DNA of 64,000 nucleotides. Origin: Verrucomicrobiota bacterium. GTDB lineage: Bacteria; Verrucomicrobiota; Verrucomicrobiia; Limisphaerales; J093. Shown here piece after piece: positions 10,369 to 22,040 of this stretch; the stretch's first letter is position 1; each line of letters opens with the position of its first letter. The position numbers and the translations under genes are program-made. The notes under the pieces were generated by a model. That model saw only the letters and a list, made by a program, of their open reading frames with translations, made no database searches and was not told the origin of the DNA. The stretch lies in the NCBI GenBank assembly GCA_027493615.1, contig JAOSKK010000012.1, positions 228,644 through 292,643 of the forward strand, read 5' to 3'.

Positions 10369-10433
10369 GGGGAGCAGAGCTCTGAGTAAACGGTTCGTGG
10401 TTGGCGATGACTGGTTCAGGGGCAGGGAAATGC

Positions 10434-12735
10434 TCAGCGCGCCGCGGTCACGGAGGGAATGCCGGCGAGCCTTCCGGTCGAAAGGGCGGCTCCATGCTCG
10501 GCGTCGCGCCCCCGACAGGTCCCGGCGGGGGCCAAAGCCCCCGGAAGAAAGCCGAAGCCGCCGGAGGGGCGACCACGGAACGGCGCAAGTTCCTGGTCGA
10601 TGCCGACGCGAAGTTGCGGCTCGGAGAGGCTCCCGCTGCGGTCCTTGTTCCATGCCTCGAACCATCGCTGGAAAGTCTGCACGAACTCCTCGCGCGTAAC
10701 CGAACGGTTCTTGTCAGCATCCGCGGCGGTCAAAAAGGTGGGCCCCACGAACGAGCCCGGGCCGAAACCGCCGGGGTCTCTAGGTCCTCCCCGGTCCGCC
10801 GCCCCCCACGCCCCCCAAAGCCGGGTCCCGAGAGCACCGCGCCTTCCGCACGGCCAGCGAGTTGGTCGATTACCGACCTGGCACGGGCCGTCACAAAGCC
10901 CTTGATAGGCTTCGGTGGCGAGCCGAACCCGCCCGGAAATCCGAACGGCAGGGACGGACCGGTGCCAGCCTCGCTTCCGCGCGGTCCGGCGAACGCCCCA
11001 GCCCCAAGTCCGAACGGGTTCCGGACCACGGGTTCGCCGGCGACGACGCGGTCAAACCGCGCGAGTTTCTCCTCGGACTCGGCCCGCACCGCCGGACGCA
11101 GCACGGCAGCCAACTCGTCCACCTGGCGGTGCAGTCGGTCCGGGTGAAAAATCGTCTCGCTGAACTCGCGGAGGCGGGCCAGGTAGAGTCGCTGGAAGGT
11201 GGGCACGCGAAACACCCGTTCGAGGAACCGGTTCTCGCCCTGCCAGGGTTGGCGGATGCTCAGGGTCTCCCGTTGTTCTTGGGTGCCGACCATCGGGAAC
11301 TGCCCGAACGAGTGGTCCAGATCCCAGGGAATGAAATGGAACTGCCGCGTCATCGGGTGCAAATAGACGAGGTAGTTCTGCCCCACCCCCAGGATGCTGT
11401 CGAGCGTGCTCAGCCACACGGTGACCGCCATGAAGCGGGCAAAAGCGTCGAGATCAAGATAATCGGCCAACCGGGCGGCGAACTCGCCGTCCGCGGCGTG
11501 CGACACCAGGCGGGCGAAGTCGATCACGCGCTGCGTCTCCGCTTTCGAGACCGGGGTCTTGGCGTCGTAGCTCTGCCGGTAAGCGGCCCAGTCGGGCCCG
11601 AGATCCTCAAACAACTGGCGGGTCACCGGCTTGAAGAGCGCGCCCTTCTTGGTCCCGTACCGGTCCGACGCAAAGCTGTTGTCCACATTCTCGACGAGCG
11701 AATACAGGCCGAGATACCGGCGCTCATGCTGGCCGGGCACGGTCAGGAAAACCTCCGCGTAGGCCGTACGCGGGGCGGGCACGCCAGCATCCCGGAACAA
11801 CCGGTGTGAAAGCACCTCGTTCATCCGGCTCGCGTCGGTCACGCAGTTGTGGAGATTGAGCTTGGTGACACCGTCCAGTTTGCGCCCCGGGAACCCGTCA
11901 TTCAGGTCGATCTTCAGCGAGCGTTTGAGCGAACCGCGGGATTCCATGAAAGTCCCGTTGCCCTTGTAGCGCACGGCCACATCCGGGAAATGTGCCCCGG
12001 CGAAATCAAGGTCGGCGCGCACGGTCGGGAAATCCAAACCCAACATGGCGGCAAGGCCATTGCGTTTGCCGTCCGGCCCTGGAGGTTCATGCCCGGCGGA
12101 CGACCACCGGGAGCTTCGAGACGTCCCGGCCCAGGAAGGAAGCCTGCCCCACCCATGCCCGGCGGAGTGAGGATTGCGTTCAGTCCTGCCCGCAGCTTGT
12201 CGCCGTCGAGTGCGCCGGTCCGGTTGGTATCCCACGCCGCGAACCACTTCTCCCCCAACGCAGTAAACTCCGCAGCCGACAACCGCCCGTCGCCGTCGGT
12301 GTCCCCGTGGCTCAAGAACACGGGTGTCAAGAGCAAGGCCGGGCCAAACATGCCCGGACCGGGAGCGCCCGGACCCAAGCCCGGTGGTCCTCCGCCCGGT
12401 CGGCGGAAGGGTCCGAAACCTCCGGCCGGCTCGATGGCTGCCCACTGCTCAGCGGTAAACTCCAGGTGCACCTGCCAGACATTGGTCACTTCGAACAGCC
12501 GGACGGCGCTCTCTGCCCGCGCGGCTGCCGCGCGGACATGGACGTCGCTCGCCGCAACCTCTGCGCCATGAGGTCCGGCGGCCGCCGCGAAGCCGAGGGC
12601 CCAAAGCACAGCAAACCTTCGCGCGCCTTCTCTTGAGGAGAGGTTCCTTCGACACGCGCCCAGGCCCACGAACATCTCCCGTAGTGACGCCTGCGGCGCC
12701 GCGTCCGTTACAGAGTCGTAACCTCCGATGGCCAC
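10434..12735 (-). CDS. CotH kinase family protein with two EF-hand pairs (frameshifts near 12060 and 10760)
   Basis: VRYKGNGT, SLKID, KLNLHN, GLYSLVE, QNYLVY, IPWDLDHSFG; EF-hand-like DTDGDGRLSAAEF and DADKNRSVTREEF. Confidence 0.85.
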
Positions 12736-12798
12736 GACGGCACTGCGATGGGCCTTTCGGCCTCCGGGTCGACCGGTTAAGCTGAAGGCGGTTCAGCC

Positions 12799-14943
12799 AT
12801 GACAACGCAGACACCCAGGCCTCTCACCCGACGCGACTTCCTGGGGGCGCTCGGGATCGGCAGCAGCGTGGCGCTGGTCTCCGGCGCAAGCGTCAGCGAA
12901 GCCCCCGCGCCAGCAGCCTTGGAAACCGCTGCCGCGGCCACCGATCCGGCCCGGACACGGTTCTCCTTGCGCATCGGCATCGGGTTGTGGAGCCATGCGC
13001 AGCGCCTGGAGGAGTTGCTCGAATGGTGCCGCGACTACCGGCCGGCGCTGGATGAGGTGGCGCTGTTCACCTCCGCGACGCACGCGCCGCTCCCGCTCCC
13101 GGAACTGGAACGTCGGGCTCAAGCCTTGGGGAGGTGCTGCCCCGCTTTCGCGCCCTCGGCCTCCAGGCCGGGATCAACCACCTCGCGACCCTGGGGCACG
13201 CCGACGAAGACGTCGAACGGGCCCTGCGCGAACCCTGGCAGCGGCTCACCGGGCACGATGGTCTGACCGCGCAAGCCTGCTACTGCGCGTCGGATCCGCG
13301 CGTGATGGCGTACGTGGGACGGTGCTACGAACGACTGGCCGCCGTCGGCCCGGACTTCCTCTGGGTGGATGACGATCTGCGACTCGAAAGCCGCGGACCG
13401 GTGCGGTTCGGCTGCTTCTGCGAGCGGTGCCTGAAGGGCTTCAGCCAGCGCACCGGCCGGCCGTGGACGCGCGCGGAGCTCCTGGCTGCCCTGAACGCCG
13501 ACCTTGCCGAAGAACGCCTCCGCTGGCGGCGACATTGGCTGGCCCACAACCGCGGGTACGTCGCCGACGTACTCCGCACCGTCCGCGCCGCCGTTGACCG
13601 CGTCAACCGTCGCCTCCCGCTGGGCTACATGTCGGCGGAGCTCACCTACTCGGGCTACGGCTGGACCGAATGGCCCGTCGCCCTCGCCGGGCCCGGCGCG
13701 CTCCCGGTCAGGTGGCGCCCGGGGGGCGGATTCTACACCGACGAAACCCCAACCGCGCTGCTGGGCAAGGCGCACAGCGTGGGTCGTCAACTGGGCGGCT
13801 TGCCGGACATGGTCATTGATCGGCCGTATGAGCACGAGAACTACCCCTACCAACCACCGAAGAAGAGCGTCACGCTGGCAATGGCCGAAGTGGCCGCCGC
13901 ACTCGGCGCCGGCTGCACGGGCGTCACCTGGAATGGCCTCGGACTCGGATCGGATCCGTTCCAGGAGTTCCGGCCCTACTTCGAAGCGATGCGGGCGCAA
14001 CGACCCTTCTTTGATCAACTTGTTGCCGCTTTCGGGCATTCGCGTTGCGAAGGCATCTGGCCGGCCCTGAGCGAGGACCATTTCGCCACGGTGAACGCCG
14101 CGGATTCGTGGTTTACCGCGCCCGTCTTCGGCCGGGAGCTGCACGTCTTCAACGAACTGGCGGAACTGGGCCTGCCGCTGGCCTACCACCCCGGTGGCGC
14201 ACGGCTGACCGTGTTCGCCGGGGACGCGCTGCGCCAGTTCTCCGAGGCCACCCTCGAGAGCTGGTTCAAGAAGGGCGTGCTGCTCGATGGACCGGCCTTG
14301 CGGATCTTGCAGGGTCTGGGGCTGCGCGAGTGGGTTGGCTTCCGTCTGCGGGGCCTCCGGCCGGCGGAGAGCCGGGAGCTTTTCACCGACCACCCCTCAA
14401 CCGCGGCCACGCCGGTTGGCAGCGGGACTGCCGCTCGTTCATCACCCCGGAGCCGACCTGGCTGATCGAACCGGCCGAACCGGGGGCGCAGGTCCTGACC
14501 GAGATCGTGGATCTCGGCGGGCAACATTTCGGGCCGGCATCCGGTGTGTTTGAAAACCCCTCCGGCGGACGGGTGGCTGTGGCGGGCTATTACCCGTGGC
14601 GTCAGCTCCAGTCACTGGCCAAGACCCAGCAGATGCGGGCCCTCTGCCGCTGGCTCAGCCGCGACACGCTCCCCGCCTGCCTCGACAGCCACGCCCGGGT
14701 GGCGCTGTGGTGCCGGCGGACCCCAGCAGGCGAACCAGCGATCCTGCTGCTCAACGCGTCTGTGGATCCCGCGATCGGCCTGGCCATACTGGTCCGCGAC
14801 GCCCCCGGTTGCAGGTGATCCGCTCCAACGGACAGACCCTCCGACTGAACCCGGTGAGCGTCGATCCCCCGTACCGGCGGTTCACGCTCCCCGCCCTGGG
14901 TCCCTGGGAACCGGCCCTGCTGTCTGCCACCGCCGCCGCCTGA
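12799..14943 (+). CDS. Tat-exported uncharacterised glycoside-hydrolase-like protein (about 3 frameshifts)
   Basis: TRRDFL signal, TLGH, LWVDDDLRL, CFC, RPGGGFY, HENYP motifs across ORFs 12799-13266, 13134-14465, 14045-14818 and 14596-14943. Confidence 0.5.
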
Positions 14944-14985
14944 GATCCCCGCCGGCCATCCTGACCGACCACCGCACGCGTTAAG

Positions 14986-15008
14986 TATTAAATTAAGGGC
15001 TGACCCCC
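14986..15008. repeat. Solo end motif related to the Y1-element inverted repeat
   Basis: AT-rich TATTAAATTAAGGG followed by CTGACCCC, sharing the terminal GGGGTCAG motif; intergenic. Confidence 0.45.
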
Positions 15009-15051
15009 AAGGACGTTGACTTCCCGCCCAAAACGTGGCCTCCCTGCTCTT

Positions 15052-15823
15052 ATGCAAGTCGTGATCCTCTGCGGCGGACAAGGCACCCGCCTCCGCGAAG
15101 AAACCGAGTTCCGCCCCAAACCCATGGTGCCCATCGGCGACCGGCCGATCCTCTGGCACATCATGAAGTACTACGCCACCTTCGGCCACAAGGACTTCAT
15201 CCTCTGCCTCGGCTACAAGGGCGAGATGATCAAGGATTACTTTCGCAATTATCAGTGGAACACCAGCGACGTCACCCTCCAGTTGGGACCCACGCCACGC
15301 ATCACGTACCACACCGCCCACGACGAGACCGACTGGACCGTCACCCTCCTCGACACCGGCCAGAACACCCAGACCGGCGGACGGCTCAAACGTTCCCTCG
15401 CCTATGTCCAGGACGACACCTTCCTCTTCACCTACGGCGATGGCTTGATCAACAGCGACCTCAACGCTTCGATCACCTTCCACCGCCAGCATGGCAAGAT
15501 CGCCACCGTCACCGCGGTCCGCCCCCCCGGCCGTTTCGGCGACCTTACCCTCGACGGGACGACCGTCGTCGGATTCAAAGAGAAACCCCTGCGACAACTC
15601 AGCTACATCAACGGCGGTTTCTTCGTGCTCAACCGCCGGATCGGCGACTACATCGCGGACGACGCCACCCCCCTCGAGCGCGAACCGCTCATCCGCCTCG
15701 CCGCCGAAGCGCAGGTGGCCGCCTTCCGGCACGACGACTTCTGGCAGTGCATGGACACCTACCGCGAGTGGCAGGACCTGAACAACGTCTGGGCCGGCGG
15801 ACAGGCCCTGGAAACGATGGTAG
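15052..15823 (+). CDS. rfbF: Glucose-1-phosphate cytidylyltransferase
   Basis: MQVVILCGGQGTRLREETEFRPKPMV, LGYKG, TGGRLK, TYGDG, INGGFF, FWQCMDT. The expected ending APWKRW* (TAG 15821-15823) needs an indel near 15806; as written the ORF runs to 15888. Confidence 0.95.
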
Positions 15824-15904
15824 GCCGGCCGGCGCACACCGATCTCGGCAGGAACACCGCGGACGAGGTTGTCCTGAGGCTCGCCTAATCCCTGGGCGCT
15901 GGAG

Positions 15905-16725
15905 TCACTTGCCGAAGAACGCCTCCCAGGCGCCCTTCCCCAGCGCCTGCCATATCTTGATGACTCCGTAGACGATCACCGTGGTGAAGCTCACCGCCAG
16001 CCACACACAGACCGCCTCGAGCGGCAGGCCGTCCCACGCCGAGATCGCCAGCCCCATCATGGCGGCCGGTCGGTATCCCCACCAGCCGTACGGAATCGCC
16101 AGCGAGGCCGAGAACCCCTGCTTGTAGATCACCGTGCCGGCCACCAACCCCACCCCAAAGACCAGGGACCATCCGTGGAATTGCGCGAGGCGCCGCAACT
16201 CCCGGGCTTCGCTGCGGTAGTCGGGAATGTTGTAAGCCCGCAGCCAGTACTCGTCGGCCCAGACGTAGCTCAGCAGCACCAGCATGAAACCCGACGCATA
16301 GAAGACGAACTCCTCGAAGGGAAGCGGCCCCCCACCGCGGGGAGGTTGAGCCCGAGCGTCGCCGCGTGGTTGGGAAACACGAAGAAGGCATTGCCGAAGA
16401 GGAGGTCGAGCCCGAAGCCCAGCGGCACCAGCACGGCCAGCGTGCGCCCGCAGGCTCGCCGCGCCAACCCAAGGTCAAGACGGCGTGCGAACCAGACCCC
16501 CAGTACCGCCAGCGGCAGCAGGAACAACAGCAGACTCCACGTGTAACCGTGCGGCGTGGGGTTCGGTGACTCCACCTGTCGCACCCCCGCGTCCACCACC
16601 GTCCGCAACGTCAGGGCAGCCGAGGCCACCAGCAGGCCCACGGCGACGAGCATGACCCGGAAAGCCTGTCGGGGCTCGCGCAGCGGACCGGGCTCGCCGG
16701 CGGACGGGGAGCGTTCGTGTGTCAT
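15905..16725 (-). CDS. Multi-pass membrane protein, lycopene-cyclase-domain-like (frameshift near 16330)
   Basis: Two repeated hydrophobic units, each ending in a P-x-E motif (LPFEEFVFY, LPLEAVCVW). Family call is tentative. Confidence 0.45.
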
Positions 16726-16805
16726 GAGAGCACCTTGACAGGTCCATGATCTGGCCGAAAGCCCTATTCCGCCACCGCCCGGCCGGGCTTCCCGCGGCTT
16801 GAGGC

Positions 16806-16834
16806 TTGTCGCTCGCGGGGACCTTGAACATTCT
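16806..16834 (+). promoter_or_regulatory. Possible sigma70-type promoter for the rfbG operon
   Basis: TTGTCG-N17-CATTCT, about 20 nt before the rfbG ATG. Confidence 0.3.
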
Positions 16835-16855
16835 CGCGCCGTGTCCGGGCCAACC

Positions 16856-18012
16856 ATGACGAGCGACCTCCTGCCTCCCGCTTTTGGCGACCTGTACCGG
16901 AACCGGCGCGTGCTGGTTACCGGCCACACCGGCTTCAAAGGGGCGTGGTTGTGCGAGTGGCTGCTCGGGTTGGGCGCCCAGGTCACCGGTTACAGCCTGG
17001 CCGCATCCACCTCCCCGCGCTTTCGGAACTGCTGGGGCTGCGTTCGCGGCTCGACCACGTCGAGGCCGATGTGCGCGACCGGGAACGTCTTGCCGCCGTC
17101 GTGCGCGCCGCGGCGCCGGACTTCGTGTTCCACCTGGCCGCTCAACCCCTGGTGCGTGAATCCTACCGGACGCCGGTCGCGACGTTCGAAGTCAACGTGC
17201 TCGGGACGGTGCACCTGCTTGAGGCTTTACGGGGCTGGGACCGCCCTTGTGCGGCCGTGCTGGTGACGAGCGACAAGTGCTACGAGAACCGGGACTGGCT
17301 GTTCGGCTATCGCGAAGACGACGCCCTCGGTGGGGCGGATCCGTACAGCGCCAGCAAAGGGGCGGCCGAGATTGCGATTGCCTCCTGGCGCCGCTCCTTC
17401 TTTGCGTCCCACCCCGTGCGCGTGGCGAGCGGGCGGGCAGGCAACGTCATCGGCGGCGGCGACTGGGCGCAGGACCGGATCCTGCCGGACTGCATTCGAG
17501 CCCTGAGCGCGGGCCAGCCCATCACGGTGCGGAACCCGGCGGCCCGCCGCCCGTGGCAGCATGTGCTGGAACCCTTGTCCGGTTACCTGTGGCTGGCGGC
17601 GGTGTTGGCCCGGCCCGAGTTGCGTCCCTTCGCCCCGGCGCAGTACACCGGTGCCTTCAACTTCGGGCCCGGACACGAGGCCAACCGGACGGTGGCCGAA
17701 CTGGTGACCGAGGTGGTGAAACATTGGCCGGGCCGCTGGGAGGACGGGAGCGATCCCCGGGCACCGCATGAGGCCCGCTGGCTGGGGTTGGCCACCGACA
17801 AGGCCAGCGCGCTTTTGGGCTGGACGCCGGTCTGGGACTTCGCGACCGGGGTGGCGGAGACGCTGCGCTGGTACCGGGCGGTCCATGAGGGTCCGGCCGG
17901 GACGACCGAAGTGCGCACGTTGACCGCGGCCCAGATCGCCCGCTACACCGCGGCCGCGCACAGTCTGGGATTGCCTTGGGCCAGCGGCGTGTGCCAGCGT
18001 GCCATGCTTTGA
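16856..18012 (+). CDS. rfbG: CDP-glucose 4,6-dehydratase (frameshift near 17010)
   Basis: VLVTGHTGFKGAWL, FHLAAQPLVRESY, TSDKCY, DPYSASK, RAGNVIGGGDW, RPWQHVLEPL. Confidence 0.95.
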
Positions 18013-19480
18013 CTATGGAAGACCGGAAATCCTTGCGGGGGAGATCCTCGAGCGGGTGCGGCGGTATCACGCCGCCCAAGCGACCCCGCGTTTCCGGCCG
18101 GGCGAGGACCCGGTCCGGTATGCCGGCCGCTACTTTGACGCCGAGGAAATGGTGAACCTCGTGGATGCCGCGCTGGACTTCTGGCTCACGGCGGGGCGGT
18201 ACGCGGACGCGTTCGAGGCGGGGTTGGCCGAGTACCTGGGCCGGGAGAACTGCCTCCTGGTCAACTCGGGTTCCTCCGCCAACCTGGTGGCGTTCGCGAC
18301 GCTCACGTCCCCCAAGCTGCGGGACCGGCAGGTGCGGCCCGGGGATGAAGTGATCACGGTGGCGGCCGGGTTCCCGACGACTGTGAATCCGATCATCCAG
18401 CACCGCGCGGTGCCCGTGTTTGTCGATGTCGAACTCGGCAGCTACGTGCCGCGGATCGAGGCCATCGAGGCCGCCCTGAGCCCGAAGACCAAGGCAGTGA
18501 TGATCGCGCATACGTTGGGCGTCCCCTTCGCCGTCCGGGAGGTCCGCGAGTTCTGCGACCATCACGGGCTCTGGCTGATCGAGGACAACTGCGACGCTCT
18601 GGGCAGCCGCTACGAGGGCCGGTTGACGGCCACGTTCGGCGACCTGGCCAGCTTCAGCTTCTACCCCGCCCACCACATCACGATGGGCGAAGGCGGGGCC
18701 GTGGTGACGGCGTCCGAAGACCTCGCCCGCATCGCCCGGAGCTTCCGGGACTGGGGCCGGGACTGCTACTGCGCGGGCGGCGAGAGCAACACCTGCGGCA
18801 AGCGGTTCGGTCAGCAATTTGGCCGTCTGCCGTTCGGCTACGACCACAAGTACGTCTACAGCCACATCGGCTACAACCTGAAGGCCACCGACCTCCAGGC
18901 CGCGATTGGCGTGGCCCAGTTGCGCAAGCTCGACGCCATCGTCGCCGCCCGGAAACGCCATCACGCGGCGCTGAGCGCCGGCCTCGCACGGCATGCCGCT
19001 CATCTCGTCCTGCCCGCCGCGCCGCCCCAGGCCGACCCGTCGTGGTTCGGGTTCGTGCTGACCGTGCGCCCTGAGGCGCCGTTCACCCGTCTCGATCTCG
19101 TCCAGGCGCTCGAGGCGGCGCGGATCGAGACCCGGAATCTTTTCTGCGGCAACCTTCTGCGCCACCCGGCGTACGCCGACATCGAGCATCGGGTCGTGGG
19201 CTCTCTGGCCAACAGCGATCTCATCACCACGAACACCTTCTTCCTCGGGGTCTATCCCGGCCTGACCGAACCCATGCTGCGGCACGTCGTGGCCACCGTC
19301 GACGAGTTCGTGGAGCAACGCGGTCGGCGGGAACCAGGGACCAAGGACCAAGGACCAAGGATGGCGGACGACGGAACACGAGGTGAAGACATGGGAGCAG
19401 GCCAGGCCGAGGCTGGAAGGAGGGCGGGAGGCTCGGGGTCGGTCGACGGGGTTAGAAGGACGGGGACGGCGATCGCATGA
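17999..19480 (+). CDS. rfbH: CDP-4-keto-6-deoxyglucose 3-dehydrase (E1, RfbH/DdhC)
   Basis: VNSGSSANL, IEDNCDALG, SFYPAHHITMGEGG (His in place of the Lys), RDWGRDCYC-x7-C Fe-S motif, GYDHKY. Confidence 0.95.
   Translation: MPCFDYGRPEILAGEILERVRRYHAAQATPRFRPGEDPVRYAGRYFDAEEMVNLVDAALDFWLTAGRYADAFEAGLAEYLGRENCLLVNSGSSANLVAFATLTSPKLRDRQVRPGDEVITVAAGFPTTVNPIIQHRAVPVFVDVELGSYVPRIEAIEAALSPKTKAVMIAHTLGVPFAVREVREFCDHHGLWLIEDNCDALGSRYEGRLTATFGDLASFSFYPAHHITMGEGGAVVTASEDLARIARSFRDWGRDCYCAGGESNTCGKRFGQQFGRLPFGYDHKYVYSHIGYNLKATDLQAAIGVAQLRKLDAIVAARKRHHAALSAGLARHAAHLVLPAAPPQADPSWFGFVLTVRPEAPFTRLDLVQALEAARIETRNLFCGNLLRHPAYADIEHRVVGSLANSDLITTNTFFLGVYPGLTEPMLRHVVATVDEFVEQRGRREPGTKDQGPRMADDGTRGEDMGAGQAEAGRRAGGSGSVDGVRRTGTAIA
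19331..19361. repeat. Heptamer tandem repeat (GGACCAA)n
   Basis: GAACCAG GGACCAA GGACCAA GGACCAA GGA in the 3' tail of rfbH. Confidence 0.7.
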
Positions 19481-20220
19481 GCATGCCGCGCAAGGTTCGC
19501 TGTTCGGTCGAGGAACTCGTGGACCACGGCGGGCACGTGTACACCGTCACGCTGCGTCCGGCGGATCCCGTGCCCAATTTTCGCCCGGGCCAGTTCCTCC
19601 ACCTTACGGTCGAGCCGTACGACCCGGCGGATTTCTGGCCGGAATCGCGTGTCTTCTCGATCGCCAGCTCCCCGCGGGACCGAAGCCGCTTGCGGATTTG
19701 TTACGCGGTGAAGGGGCGGTACACGGCCCGGATGGAGCAACAACTCCAGGTGGGGAGGGCGGTGTGGGTCAAGCTGCCGTATGGGGATTTTGTGGTCGAG
19801 GGCGGGACCGACGTGGTGCTCCTGGCTGGCGGCACGGGGATCAGCGCTTTCACGGCATTTCTCGAAGCGCTGGAGCCGGCCCACCCGACGCGGGTCTTCC
19901 TGGCCTACGGCGCGCGGAGCCCGGGGTTGCTGCTCTTCACCGATATGATCTTCCGGCAACTCGAACGCGTGCCCGGGTTCGAGGCCCTGTTCTTTGCCGA
20001 GGCCGGTGATGCGCGGGCGGACGCCTCGTTTCCCGCGGCCGGGGCACCCGGCTGCCTCCCGGGGCGGCTGGCGTTGGATCCGATCTGGCCCCGGGTTGAG
20101 AACGCGGGCGACCGGACGTTCTACCTGTCCGGCCCGCCCCTGATGCTACGCGCACTCGGCGAGGAGCTGGGATGCCGCGGTGTGCCTCCCGAGCGCATCC
20201 GCGTGGATGCCTGGGAGTGA
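19477..20220 (+). CDS. FAD/NAD(P)-binding FNR-type reductase (candidate E3 partner of RfbH, no 2Fe-2S domain)
   Basis: FRPGQF, RVFSIAS, LLAGGTGIS, YGAR, YLSGPP motifs. Confidence 0.85.
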   Translation: MSMPRKVRCSVEELVDHGGHVYTVTLRPADPVPNFRPGQFLHLTVEPYDPADFWPESRVFSIASSPRDRSRLRICYAVKGRYTARMEQQLQVGRAVWVKLPYGDFVVEGGTDVVLLAGGTGISAFTAFLEALEPAHPTRVFLAYGARSPGLLLFTDMIFRQLERVPGFEALFFAEAGDARADASFPAAGAPGCLPGRLALDPIWPRVENAGDRTFYLSGPPLMLRALGEELGCRGVPPERIRVDAWE

Positions 20221-20230
20221 TGCCTGTCCT

Positions 20231-22040
20231 ATGAAGGTTCAAACCGACGATCCGCTGCCTCCCCCGTGCCCGCGACGCGTACCGGCGTGCGGTGCGGGAG
20301 GGCTTCGCCTTCCTGAAGCGCACGACGCGCCTCCCGGACCTGTACGTCAAGTCGATCCCCTTCACCGCCCCGGACGGTTGTCTGCTCCCGGTGGCCGATG
20401 TGCACACCGAGGACGCGGCACTCATCGAGAAACTGGCGCGGTGGCGGGCCGAGAATGCGTTCGCGTTCCCGACCCAGTTCCCGGTCACGATTGAAGGAAC
20501 GTCGTCGTGGCTGCGCAGCCGGTTGCTCGAGGTCGAGGATCGTCTCCTGTTTCTGGTCCTCGACCGGCACGGGCATCCGGTGGGGCACCTCGGTTTTGCC
20601 AACTGCTTGAACGACGCCGGCGCGATGGAGGTGGACAACGTGGTGCGCGGCGTCAAGGCGGTCTCTCCCGGCATCATGCAGGCCGCGATGAAGGCGCTCC
20701 TGCGATGGGCGCAGGACGTCATCGGCCCGCGCGGGATCTTCCTGCGGGTGCTCGACGACAATCCACACGCGGTGGGCTTCTACCGTGAGCTGGGGTTCGT
20801 CGAGGAGAGCCGCCAACCGCTGCGCCGGCACGTGGCGGGCGAGGCAATCAGCTTCTCGCCCCTCGAACCAGGCGACAACGCACCGCCGGACAAGCAGTTC
20901 ATCCGGATGACGTATGGGCCCGAGGAGGAGGCGGTGGGACAGCAGATGATTCTGACGGCCGGCCCTTCGATCTCGGCGCGCGAGGCCTTTTATGCCTGGG
21001 ACGCGGCGCGCGAGGGCTGGAACCAGCGCTGGAGTTTCTACCTGGGCCGCTTCGAGCGCGCCTTTGCCGATTACCTCGGGGTGAAGCACGCGCTGGCCAC
21101 GTCGAGCTGCACGGGTGCGTTGCACCTGGCGCTGGCGGCCCTCGGCATCGGTCCCGGGGACGAGGTCATCGTGCCCGACATCACGTGGGTGGCAACGGCC
21201 AACGCCGTCCTCTACGTCGGCGCGACCCCGGTGTTCGCGGACGTCGAACCGGATTCGTGGTGTCTGGACCCGCAGTCGTTCGCGGCGAAGATCACGCCCC
21301 GGACGAAAGCGGTGATCCCGGTGCACCTGTACGGTCATCCGGCGCGGATGGATGCGATCGTGGCCATCGCCCGGCAGCACGGCCTTTCCGTGGTCGAGGA
21401 CGCTGCGCCTGCCATCGGCGCCGAATGGCAGGGGCGCAAGACCGGCACGTTTGGCGACTTCGCGTGTTTCAGCTTCCAGGGTGCCAAGCTGGTGGTGACG
21501 GGCGAGGGCGGCATGCTGCTGACCAACGACACCGAGCGGTTCCAGCGGGCCCAGTCCCTCTGGGACCAGGGGCGCAGCCCCACGCGCACGTTCTGGATCG
21601 ATGACCGGGGCTTGAAGTACAAGATGGCCAACGTCCAGGCCGCCATCGGACTGGGCCAACTCGAGCGCGTCGAGGAGCTGGTCGAGATGAAGCGGCGCCT
21701 CTTCTCCTGGTACGAGGCCGGCCTCGCGGGGGTCCCGCACGTGCGGCTGAACTACGAAGTCGCCGGCGCGCGCAGCATCTACTGGATGTCCAGCCTCCTG
21801 CTCGACGAGACCGCGCCGCTGACGCGGGACGAACTGCGGGCGCGGTTGAAGGAGCGAAACATCGACAGCCGGCCCGTGTTCCCGGCGATCAGCCAGTACC
21901 CGATCTGGCCGCGGCCGCAGGCGCCGCAGCCCGTGGCCCGGCGCATCGGCGAGCGGGCGATCAACCTGCCCAGCGGTGTCTGCCTGCGCCGGTCGCAAGT
22001 GGACTACGTGTGTCGTTGCCTGCGCGAGATCCTCTCATGA
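20231..22040 (+). CDS. GNAT acetyltransferase fused to a DegT/perosamine-synthase-like aminotransferase
   Basis: Continuous ORF 20292-22040 with an N-terminal GNAT (EVDNVVRG, LRVLDDNPHAVGFYRELGF) and C-terminal SSCTGALH, EDAAPAIG, SFQGAK, TGEGG. Probable ATG at 20231 needs an indel. Confidence 0.85.
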
